Shown here: one piece after another, positions 9,445-17,518 of the stretch
Numbering within the stretch: position 1 is the first letter of the stretch
How the letters are laid out: the number at the start of each line of letters is the position of its first letter
Notes under the pieces: model-generated
What the model saw: the letters and a program-made list of their open reading frames with translations, nothing else
Told to the model about the DNA's origin: nothing
Database searches by the model: none
DNA from: Patescibacteria group bacterium
GTDB lineage: Bacteria; Patescibacteriota; Patescibacteriia; SG8-24
DNA: 64,000 nt
Reading direction: 5' to 3'
Assembly (NCBI GenBank): GCA_034716415.1
Contig: JAYEJB010000059.1
Span: forward strand, 68 to 64,067
Translations under genes and position numbers: made by a program

Positions 9445-9484
9445 TGAAATTCAGAACCTAGCTCTAAGAATCTCGTGGTTCGCC

Positions 9485-12400
9485 TTAACCAACCGGCATG
9501 AACAGCCGGTAGAGAAAGGTCCAAGCGTTGAGGGTGACATACCTCTCGGAGAGGGAGAGTGGAGCGGTCCGGGCGGGCTTTATCTTACCGTCCGTGACGC
9601 GCACGCCTCTCGCCTTCATCTCGGCGACATCGAGACCCTTGGCCTTCACGAACTCCTCGGTCATGGGCGTCGGGATGCTGCGACGGAGGTGCTCCGTGCG
9701 ACCGTCGTGGGTGACCTCGATGTCGATGCCCGTGCCGCATTCCCAGCAGGAGCCGATGTCGGTCAAGGTGAACTGTAGGACCTTGTAGTCGGTGTTGACC
9801 TCCGTGGAGAGATTCTCGTAGTCGGCAACGAAACCTTCCGGCGGTTCGACCGTGACCGTGACGCCCCAGTCCCCTTCCGAGTCGAAGACGAACGGGTAGA
9901 GTTCCGTGGTGTCATCCCACTCGATGTACTCCGGTTCGATGACGTAGAGAACCGAGCCATCGTGCTTGGATGTCTTGGCCGGGACGGAAGTGCCGTCCGC
10001 GCGGACGATGACGTTGAGGCGCTTATCGACGGTGTCGCCGTTGGCGAGAATGCCGGAGTGGACGCCGGCCACGACCGTGGTCTGCGGGTCTTCGGAGACA
10101 AGGAGATATTCACCCGGATCGAGGGTCATGAGAGCGTGACCGTCGGATCCGGTGGTGCCGGTGCCGTCAGGGATACAGGTCGAGAGGACGGTGGAGTAGT
10201 CGTGCGGATTGTATCCGATGGTGTCGGCGCAGGAACTGGAGATTTTGGTGTATGCGTTGACTGTGGCACCGACCACGGGCTCCTTGGTGCTGCCAGGTTC
10301 GTTCCCCTGCCCCACGGTGTGACGGCGAAAGAGCACGGAGAGCTCAGCGGAGGACAAGTCGATGGTAATCTCCAGCGTCTGTGTAACTTCCTCGTTCCCG
10401 GCGTTGTCCGTGGCGCCAAAGTGGAGGGTATGGGTGCCTTCTTCGGTGAGTTCGATGGAGCCCGAGTACTCGCTCCAATTGAGGCCGCCGTCGGTGGAGT
10501 ACAGGAGTGAGGCGACGCCGGTGCCTGAAGGGCCGTCGTCGGCTGTGAGGACCACTGTGACCGGGGTGACGTACGTGACGCCGTCAGGGGCGAGAGTGCC
10601 CGTAACCTCGGCGATAGTGACCGGTGCGGTGGTATCGACCACTCCCGGGGCGATGCTGACGTCCGTGGTGCCGGAAACGGCATGGACGACCGCCTCGTCA
10701 GGCTCGACTGACTGGGCTTCAAGAATCGTTGAGGTGTATATCCCCGAGGCCGGATCGATGTACCGGGCATAAATGTCGTATGAGTCGGAGGTATCGGGAA
10801 GCTGCGCGGCGATGTCCGGATTCGCTGCCAGGAACTCGGCGTTGTCGTGCGCGGAGACCACGTGGCGGCACCCTTCATTCCCCTCCGGCGGGAAGAAGAT
10901 CCATTCCGGAGCACCTTGGTTGTCGCCATTCATGATGACGTCATCGATCTCCGCCTCATACTCGCCGGTTTCGTAGTTCATGCCGACGTGCCGCCCGTCA
11001 TCGCAGTACACATGGAGGTCGAGGTCGGGCTGCACAGAACCTTCAACAAACGGGGCATACCTGATCTGCTCGAACGGCCAAGCTGAACGGAACGGAGCAT
11101 CATCGATAAATCTAGCTAAAGCACCGAACACGACGAATGTAATCACCATGATGCCGATCACAACACCGATTACCATCTTCAGACGTTTAATACGTCCCTT
11201 CCCTTGTTCAGAGCGATTCTTTCTCGTTAAGACGACGATTGCGACAGCTGACAGCAAAACCACTAAAATCGCGAGTTCGATAATCAACAACCCAAGAACA
11301 TAGCCCGACGGTTCAACGCGATAGACGTCCTCCACGACAAGCGTACCCTCCTCCTCTGTACCCAGCACCACATTGCCGTCGGGGTTAATGATCAATGTCA
11401 AACCCTGTAAAATTGCAAGCGGCCTTAAGACTTCCCCGACAACAACGCCCGGCAAATTCAATGCGAACCAAGCTGCATCCATCTCACCGATAACAGCCTC
11501 AATCTCCAGTTGGCCATCAACGGCCCTCAGATCATTGGCCTTGATCGTCACGAGATGTGAAAAATCATTATAGCTCTCATGTATCGTGGGACTAAGAAGA
11601 CCGTCATTGGCTGTCATCAACGGATCGACAATACCGTTGCCGGGTATCGTCACTACGTCTGACTCATCGTTCACGTAATACACGACAAGATGATTATCAT
11701 CGATTCCGGGCAACGATGTGTCCCAGTTACCGTATTCTTCGTTACTGGTCCTTGATTCAATCAGCAGATATTCCGATTCAGCCTGCGAAAGATCTAACCG
11801 AAGGACTTCGTCTCCGAAGGAAGACGAGGAAAGCGATTCGACCCAAACATTACTGGGGTAATTCCCTGATCCGTATCGCGATTCAGTCAACCAACCTAAA
11901 TTTATCCTGCTATAAGCGGTCATCGAGGCGGGATTCGATCCACCATCATTCTTACTGGCAGTCGCCATGACACCCCAAGCCCTGACATCACCACGCCTAT
12001 ACAGATCGGGCAGTAAATCTGAATCGGGCGACATAAGTGGCTTCATCACGTGCCCTAACTCATGTACCCATACACCCAGCGGTTCGGTTTCAGCGACTGT
12101 AATGAAATGACTGTCCGGATCATGGATGACGGCAGCAAACGAATGAATCAGGTCGGTCTGATTCTCATGCTCTTTACCGTCGCCGGCATGCACCAACAGG
12201 ACGGCATCAACGGTGGTCGTATCAATACCAGATACCGCTAAAGTATCTGATACAAGAGCCAGTCTTGATGATGGGCTATTTACACCATAATCATTTAAGT
12301 AGCCGGGTAAGTCATACCAATCGCCCGCATTATCCATTATTAATGGTTCGATATTGACTGCACCGAACGAGTTCTCCCGAAAATAATCATTCACGCAGAG

Positions 12401-14080
12401 CAGAAGATCCTCATAGTATTCCCTCCCATGTCCGTCAGCGTAGGTCTTCTCCTCGATGAGCTTGCAGGGCTGGGCGGTGATAGGTCCGGATTCGTGCTGG
12501 ACGTCAGCGAGATCAGCCAGGATGACCGCGACCGTGATGATCTGCGCATCGACTGTCTTCCACGGTTCGAAAGCGACGTTGTCGGAGACGGTATCACCGA
12601 GACCGTCCGGATTGAGCATGCCGTGGTAGGGACCTGATGCGTCACCCCACCAATTGTCGGTCGCGGTGAGGGTGCCGGACGGAGAGTTGTTCAGGGCGCC
12701 GTAATGGACGTTGTCGTGGATACTGCCATCCGTGACCGTGGCGTTCCCACCGGCCATGGCGTAACCGTAGAGGTTGTGATCGATCTCGGTGCGGGAGACG
12801 GTCGCCGTGCCGCCGTATTGGAGGATGCCGTACTCGAGGGAGTCATGGACATGCGAATCGGAGATCAAGAGGGAGATGTTCGTGCCATCCAGGGTGACGC
12901 CGCCGCGACAGGGTCCGGGTGAGCAGACGACTCCGGCGTAACGGATGTCGACGTAATTGATGGTTCCCGAGGTGTTCGGTCCGAAGACGATACCGTCCCA
13001 GTCTCCCGGGGCGGGGGTGGTGACGCTACCGTCGCTGTTCGTATCACCTCCGACCGTGTCGTCATGGATGGAGGTGAAGACGACCGGTGCGGCTGAGGTA
13101 CCGTTCACGACGAGGGTGCCGTCGTTCTGCAAGGTGCTGAATTGTTCGCCCTTGACGACAGTGCCGGGATTGATGGCGAGAGTGTGATATTGCGGAATCG
13201 TAAAACGGGTGCCACCGGGGTGCGTAGCGTCCTCTATTATATATGGAAGGTCCGCGCTCCAGGTCTGGTCGTGGGTGAGGAAACCGTACATCAGGAGTCC
13301 GTTCCGGGCACTGCCGGTGCTGATGTTACCGGAAGCCGAGACGAGGTCCACCCCGCCGTTGATACGAGCCGAGGCGCTGGCGTTCGCGGTGAAGGTGTTG
13401 TTCGTGAGCGTCAGGGTACCTTCCCAAGCGTTGGCGTTCACGCCGTAATAGTCGTTGTCGTGGATGATGTTGTCGGCAAGGGTCGCGGTGCCATGGGCGA
13501 GAGAGAAACCGTACGGCTGATGATCGATCTCGGTCCCGGCGACGGTCACCAGGCCGTCGTACTGGACAATGCCGTATGTCAGAGAATCATGGACGCGTCC
13601 GGAGATGATGTCGATCGGACCGGTGACGATGGTGATGCCGCCACGACAGATTCCGGAACAGGGCGCGCCGGCGTAGCTGATATCGGCGTGGACAAGGGTG
13701 CTCTCTGCACTGCCGGAATCGAAGAGGATGCCGTTCCAGCTTCCGGGAGTCGCGGAGAGAGAGGTGAAGACCGCCGGGGCGGACTCGGTACCGTTGACGT
13801 TGAGACTGCCTTCGACGGTGAGGCCGGTGCCGGTCGCAAACTCGACGGTGACGCCGGATTCGATGGTCAGGGTCGCTCCAGCCGGAACGATGGCGTCGGA
13901 GTCGACCGTGTACGGACTGCTGGCGGCGTTCCAGACCGTGCCGTCGGGGATGGTGCCGGAGACGGGTGTGGCTGCCCGTGCCGAAAAGACGGGCAATAAC
14001 AAGAACAACAGCAGAGACGTTGCAGTCGAAAAGATAAACTTGCGACGGATGAAGGATGATATGTCTTTTACCATATACAT
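9485..14080 (-). CDS. giant (1531 aa) surface protein: signal peptide, two duplicated right-handed beta-helix modules, M6 (InhA/PrtV)-like HExxH metallopeptidase region, 2 TM helices, Ig-like/Big-type domains
   Basis: N-terminal hydrophobic signal; two ~150-aa paralogous blocks (..CRGG.T..G..I....V.DS..YGI.QY.G..TV..TEIDH..YG..); VHELGHVM then AWGVMATAS..AYSRINLGWL resembling the M6 family; hydrophobic segments LGLLIIELAILVVLL and MVIGVVIGIMVITFVVF. Confidence 0.8.
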   Translation of the reverse strand: MYMVKDISSFIRRKFIFSTATSLLLFLLLPVFSARAATPVSGTIPDGTVWNAASSPYTVDSDAIVPAGATLTIESGVTVEFATGTGLTVEGSLNVNGTESAPAVFTSLSATPGSWNGILFDSGSAESTLVHADISYAGAPCSGICRGGITIVTGPIDIISGRVHDSLTYGIVQYDGLVTVAGTEIDHQPYGFSLAHGTATLADNIIHDNDYYGVNANAWEGTLTLTNNTFTANASASARINGGVDLVSASGNISTGSARNGLLMYGFLTHDQTWSADLPYIIEDATHPGGTRFTIPQYHTLAINPGTVVKGEQFSTLQNDGTLVVNGTSAAPVVFTSIHDDTVGGDTNSDGSVTTPAPGDWDGIVFGPNTSGTINYVDIRYAGVVCSPGPCRGGVTLDGTNISLLISDSHVHDSLEYGILQYGGTATVSRTEIDHNLYGYAMAGGNATVTDGSIHDNVHYGALNNSPSGTLTATDNWWGDASGPYHGMLNPDGLGDTVSDNVAFEPWKTVDAQIITVAVILADLADVQHESGPITAQPCKLIEEKTYADGHGREYYEDLLLCVNDYFRENSFGAVNIEPLIMDNAGDWYDLPGYLNDYGVNSPSSRLALVSDTLAVSGIDTTTVDAVLLVHAGDGKEHENQTDLIHSFAAVIHDPDSHFITVAETEPLGVWVHELGHVMKPLMSPDSDLLPDLYRRGDVRAWGVMATASKNDGGSNPASMTAYSRINLGWLTESRYGSGNYPSNVWVESLSSSSFGDEVLRLDLSQAESEYLLIESRTSNEEYGNWDTSLPGIDDNHLVVYYVNDESDVVTIPGNGIVDPLMTANDGLLSPTIHESYNDFSHLVTIKANDLRAVDGQLEIEAVIGEMDAAWFALNLPGVVVGEVLRPLAILQGLTLIINPDGNVVLGTEEEGTLVVEDVYRVEPSGYVLGLLIIELAILVVLLSAVAIVVLTRKNRSEQGKGRIKRLKMVIGVVIGIMVITFVVFGALARFIDDAPFRSAWPFEQIRYAPFVEGSVQPDLDLHVYCDDGRHVGMNYETGEYEAEIDDVIMNGDNQGAPEWIFFPPEGNEGCRHVVSAHDNAEFLAANPDIAAQLPDTSDSYDIYARYIDPASGIYTSTILEAQSVEPDEAVVHAVSGTTDVSIAPGVVDTTAPVTIAEVTGTLAPDGVTYVTPVTVVLTADDGPSGTGVASLLYSTDGGLNWSEYSGSIELTEEGTHTLHFGATDNAGNEEVTQTLEITIDLSSAELSVLFRRHTVGQGNEPGSTKEPVVGATVNAYTKISSSCADTIGYNPHDYSTVLSTCIPDGTGTTGSDGHALMTLDPGEYLLVSEDPQTTVVAGVHSGILANGDTVDKRLNVIVRADGTSVPAKTSKHDGSVLYVIEPEYIEWDDTTELYPFVFDSEGDWGVTVTVEPPEGFVADYENLSTEVNTDYKVLQFTLTDIGSCWECGTGIDIEVTHDGRTEHLRRSIPTPMTEEFVKAKGLDVAEMKARGVRVTDGKIKPARTAPLSLSERYVTLNAWTFLYRLFMPVG

Positions 14081-14360
14081 GGATGTTGAGACCTAAACCT
14101 GCATTGATTGTATCACAGCCGCTCTAGATCAACCGAGATGCGGCTCCACCATGAACATAAGTGATATGCTCTGTGGAATTATTGGCTGACTACCGTGCGT
14201 GGGACTCGAACCGTCAAATAAGTCTAAAATTTCAGATTCCTATCCGAGTGCCGATTTCTGCATAAGATATGACGAGTGCAATCGCCTGCGAAACGAGGCC
14301 TGAAAATATGCAAACTGCTAATGCTGCCCCCCCCCCGACACTTTCGAAAGGAAGACCAAG

Positions 14361-14714
14361 TTGTCTGACTCCCTGGTTGATATCCCTCTTGTCCATGCGC
14401 TTTATGATACATACGCTTGCTGGCACCAGCTTGCACTTAAGTTCCCGAAGTCGCAGCGCTACACCCTCGGCCGGAGGTGCGATGACTATATGCTCTCTGT
14501 ACTGGAACTCGTCCTTGAAGCGGCTACGGCCGGCGAACCGAAGAAAAAAGAATCGGCTATCGTCGCCGCAAGCGCCAAGCTCGACACACTTAAGCTGTTG
14601 GTCCGGCTCTCCAAGGACTGTAAGTGTATCTCACACCGGCACTACCAGGCCATGGAGACCCGCCTTTACCGCATCGGCAGGATGACGGGCGGCTGGCTCA
14701 AGTCGATGCGATAG
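14361..14714 (+). CDS. four-helix-bundle protein (23S rRNA intervening-sequence-type protein family)
   Basis: 117 aa; TLGRRCDDYMLSVLELVLEA and LKLLVRLSKD..ISHRHYQAMETRLYRIGRM pattern typical of the TIGR02436 four-helix-bundle family. Confidence 0.65.
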   Translation: MSDSLVDIPLVHALYDTYACWHQLALKFPKSQRYTLGRRCDDYMLSVLELVLEAATAGEPKKKESAIVAASAKLDTLKLLVRLSKDCKCISHRHYQAMETRLYRIGRMTGGWLKSMR

Positions 14715-14751
14715 GCAAAAAACGCCGACATTGGCGTTCTTTGCGCGGGCA

Positions 14752-14890
14752 GGCACTCCCGGGCAGAGGGCACCGAGTAGTCCGAGTTGTCGTTACTGTG
14801 CCAGTTGGCGTTCAAATTCACCTTGCCGGAGTCGGTGTTGCGGTTCACGATCGGCACGTTCTGCCACGACTCATCGTCGTTCTCGGGGAC
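14752..14890 (-). pseudogene. duplicated fragment of the C-terminal module (plus 3' flank) of the 15214-16053 gene
   Basis: ~135-bp near-duplicate of 15222-15352 at DNA level (CTCCCGGGCAGAGGGCACCGAG...CTTGCCGGAGTCGGTGT..CACGATCGGCAC); encodes WQNVPIVNRNTDSGKVNLNANWHS vs WQCVPIVYRDTDSGKVHLDAYWHS; the containing ORF overlaps the convergent 14361-14714 gene. Confidence 0.4.
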
Positions 14891-15213
14891 CATCAGCATT
14901 ACGCCGCCCCCTTCCGGACCACCGGACACAGACGCGTCCATGCCCTGTATTTTATGCGGAATCCACTGGCCTATGGCCCCGATTCCAAGGGAAGGCGCGG
15001 AGTACCCGTCCATCGCGCCGCGCGCTCCGCAGATCCGTGAACATACGGACTCTGGCGGCATATGCGATAGCGAGGGATTTCGGCGACGCATACCCGTAAA
15101 TATGCGTTCATGAGCCTATTCTCCAATAGTGAGTATACGAAAAAAGAACCCGGAGGGCCAAGGTCCAAAGACCAAGGCCATCCGAGTTCAAAGGTTCCGA
15201 GTGCCGAGTTCCG

Positions 15214-16053
15214 CTACTCCCGGGCAGAGGGCACCGAGCAGTGCGAGACGTCGTAACTGTGCCAGTAGGCGTCCAAATGCACCTTGCCGGAGTCGGTGTC
15301 GCGGTACACGATCGGCACGCACTGCCACGACCCAGCGTCGTACTCGGGGACATTGATCTCGTACCCGGCACAGAACCACGCGCACCATTCATTATAATCG
15401 ATAGCGCGCACCCGGTCGGGCACGAGCCAGGCGAGCACGAGGCCTTCGTCGGCGAGCGACCTTGATCTGCGCACGGACGTGACGGAGTTGCGCTTGCGGT
15501 GAGCGGACAGGTCGGGGATTATGATCCACTCGACCACTGGCATGAGGCTACCGTTGCCGTTCAGGAGCCGGAGCCTGTCCACATTTTCGCCTCGGTACGG
15601 GTGCTCTCCGGATAGCAGCAAGTCCCATCGCCAGGACTTGTCGTGGGCGTGTTTCACGGCATCGGCGTGGGCTTCGAAGGTCCTGATGACCCCATCGCGC
15701 CCCTTGCCGAAACGAATGCGGAAGCTACGGTAGGCGTCCCGACCTTCCGGCCACTCGAGAGCGGTCTCGGCGAGACGCGTACAGACGGCCTCGATATCCC
15801 CGATGTGGGGATGACCGCTGTCTTTCCAGAAGCCGTTCATCTCGCGCAGGGCGGCAAGCTGCTCTTCGACCGTCTGCTTGAAGGGGTTGATGTTCACCAG
15901 GCCGAACACCTGGAGAAGCGCCTCGACCGCTCTGTCCGCGCCGCCCTCCTTGCGGATGGCGGTAGCCAGTTCGGCCGTGAACTTCGGATGCCCGAGAAGT
16001 ACCCGGACGGTCTCGAAACCGCGAGAAAACGTGTCATCATTCAGGCGTGCCAT
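15214..16053 (-). CDS. hypothetical protein (~280 aa from MARLNDD), Cys/Trp-containing C-terminal module
   Basis: ORF; start chosen at the first Met after the upstream spacer; no family recognised. Confidence 0.55.
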   Translation of the reverse strand: MARLNDDTFSRGFETVRVLLGHPKFTAELATAIRKEGGADRAVEALLQVFGLVNINPFKQTVEEQLAALREMNGFWKDSGHPHIGDIEAVCTRLAETALEWPEGRDAYRSFRIRFGKGRDGVIRTFEAHADAVKHAHDKSWRWDLLLSGEHPYRGENVDRLRLLNGNGSLMPVVEWIIIPDLSAHRKRNSVTSVRRSRSLADEGLVLAWLVPDRVRAIDYNEWCAWFCAGYEINVPEYDAGSWQCVPIVYRDTDSGKVHLDAYWHSYDVSHCSVPSARE

Positions 16054-16359
16054 GTGGCATACCTCCTTTTCATGCCGTCGGCTTACCCTTGTCGCGCCCC
16101 ATGCACGATGTCGGGCATACCCGTTGAAAACGGCGTACTGGAGCCGGCGGCTCGGCCACAGTACGTCGTTTTCAACGACAGTGGAATTGGAATGTTCAAC
16201 AGTAGACAATAGCATGAAAATACTCGACTGTCAAGAACACGTGAAGCAAAACGCAGGACTTTCATCCCGCGTCTGCATATCTCCAGTTTCAGCTGTTCCG
16301 GTCTTCCTGAACCCTGCACTCGCAGGGGTCGCGTACCGGTCCACCTGAAAAAATTGTTG

Positions 16360-16434
16360 GTGGCTCCGAGGGCGAGATTCGAACTCGCGACCAATTGGTT
16401 AACAGCCAACTGCTCTACCACTGAGCTACCTCGG
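16360..16434 (-). tRNA. tRNA-Asn (anticodon GTT)
   Basis: Minus-strand read TCCGAGGTAGCTCAGTGGTAGAGCAGTTGGCTGTTAACCAATTGGTCGCGAGTTCGAATCTCGCCCTCGGAGCCA folds as a cloverleaf; anticodon loop CTGTTAA; CCA encoded. Confidence 0.85.
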
Positions 16435-16625
16435 AATATCTTGTTTTTTACTTAGCATGGCTACGATCGGCCACGGCCACGCTTATCACGACTTGTCCCC
16501 CGAAGCTTTACTTGTCCTCCATAGCTTTAGCGAAGGAGGAGCGAAGGGGGAAGCTACCTCGGAATATGCTCTGGCGAAAGGAATATTAACATAATAACCC
16601 GATTTTGCAAGAGCTGGAATGAGAC

Positions 16626-16746
16626 TGTTGCACAGCCTCCTTTGTCATTATGAGGGAGCGGAGCGACCGCGGCAATCCCGTTGGTTTAAGTCCGAACACG
16701 GGATTGCTTCGACCTTCGGTCTCGCAATGACAAAGGAGGCTGTGCA
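16626..16746. repeat. GTCATTGCGAG-family hairpin repeat, copy B (extended outer stem TTGCACAGCCTCCTTTGTCATTATGAGGG...CTCGCAATGACAAAGGAGGCTGTGCAA)
   Basis: Inverted repeat read directly; shares GGCAATCCCG..CGGGATTGCTTCG core with copies A, C, D. Confidence 0.85.
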
Positions 16747-16891
16747 ACGATCTCAAAATAGACATCCGGCAGTCCGCGTGGGATACTGCCCCTACGGCCG
16801 TCAGGCCTATTTTTTGAAGCTCATTCCACAAGGAGGTCTTTTGATAGACGGAAAACAGATATGGCAGGCTATCCTGAAGGACAACGCCTGT

Positions 16892-17344
16892 ATGGAGGAG
16901 ATGCCGGAAGGGGAACAACAGGACGTCATGCGACAATACATCGAGCGTCGCCTGCTCACCGTGTTCGGAAACCTCATCGACGCACCGGCGACCGCGACGA
17001 ACGTCTATCGCGCGCGCATCGCCCACGCGTCAGCCTTCATTCTTGAGGGCTGGTTCCTGCGGATGATAGAGGCCTCGACCGAATACAGGGAGAACCCGCT
17101 TAGGCGAGCTTTCCTCCTATACGAGATTCAGCTTCGTAGTTACGCCATGCTTGAGAGGCTCGCTCCGCTTCAGGGTGACATCTTCAACTTCATGCTGATG
17201 GACGGCAAGTCCGACAGGAAACATCTCCTAGAGCTCGGCGTGACCGCGGAAAACATCTGGCAATGCGTCAGGGGCGAGATGACCATCGGCGAGCTATTCG
17301 CCGGACAGCCCTACGTCTTCCTCAAACTCTACGGCAAAAGCTAA
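16892..17344 (+). CDS. hypothetical protein (~150 aa from MEEMPEGEQQ)
   Basis: Plus-strand ORF; the longer track ORF (16619) begins inside the hairpin repeat, so I chose the first Met downstream; followed by a clean terminator. Confidence 0.5.
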   Translation: MEEMPEGEQQDVMRQYIERRLLTVFGNLIDAPATATNVYRARIAHASAFILEGWFLRMIEASTEYRENPLRRAFLLYEIQLRSYAMLERLAPLQGDIFNFMLMDGKSDRKHLLELGVTAENIWQCVRGEMTIGELFAGQPYVFLKLYGKS

Positions 17345-17345
17345 G

Positions 17346-17370
17346 ACCGCCCTTTCGGGCGGCCTTTTTA
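17346..17370 (+). terminator. intrinsic terminator
   Basis: GACCGCCC-TTTC-GGGCGGCC followed by TTTTTA. Confidence 0.75.
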
Positions 17371-17389
17371 TCTATTCTCCCCTTTCCTA

Positions 17390-17487
17390 TCGTCATTGCG
17401 AGACCGGAAGCCACGGTAATCCCGTCGTCACGAGCCGAAATGACGGGATTGCTTCGTCGGCTGCGGCCTCCTCGCAATGACAAAGAA
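17390..17487. repeat. GTCATTGCGAG-family hairpin repeat, copy C
   Basis: CGTCATTGCGAGACCGG..GGTAATCCCGTCG..GACGGGATTGCTTCGTCGGCTGCGGCCTCCTCGCAATGACAAAG. Confidence 0.85.
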
Positions 17488-17518
17488 GGGTGTCTCCGCC
17501 CCTTCTCACCTTCTCGCT

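Noticed and set aside
9374-9480. Possible intact tRNA on the minus strand just before the giant surface-protein gene
   Set aside because: Only the acceptor-3' segment and a T-loop-like motif are present. The T-stem, anticodon arm and 5' acceptor strand cannot be paired. It is interpreted instead as a tRNA-Asn 3' fragment and reported as a remnant.
9962-13999. Numerous long ORFs (up to 285 aa) in alternative frames and antisense within the 9485-14080 gene
   Set aside because: They are high-GC frame artefacts with Arg/Gly/Asp/Val-rich or Ser/Pro/Thr-rich low-complexity translations, and all lie inside one continuous 1531-aa CDS.
14190-14285. tRNA-like GGGACTCGAACC motif on the minus strand
   Set aside because: The flanking sequence does not form a T-stem or acceptor stem. 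It is probably a chance T-loop-like motif or a heavily decayed remnant.
14666-15091. 141-aa minus-strand ORF as an intact gene
   Set aside because: It overlaps the convergent four-helix-bundle gene by ~50 bp. It has homology only over a ~45-aa duplicated C-terminal fragment. It is treated as a pseudogene fragment.
16619-16891. N-terminal 91 aa of track ORF 16619..17344, and similar N-terminal extensions of ORFs 24174..26081, 30823..31158 and 39836..41731
   Set aside because: The extensions translate conserved hairpin repeats (the Met codon ATGACAAAGG lies inside the GTCATTGCGAG repeat) or overlap upstream genes. Starts were moved to downstream Met codons.
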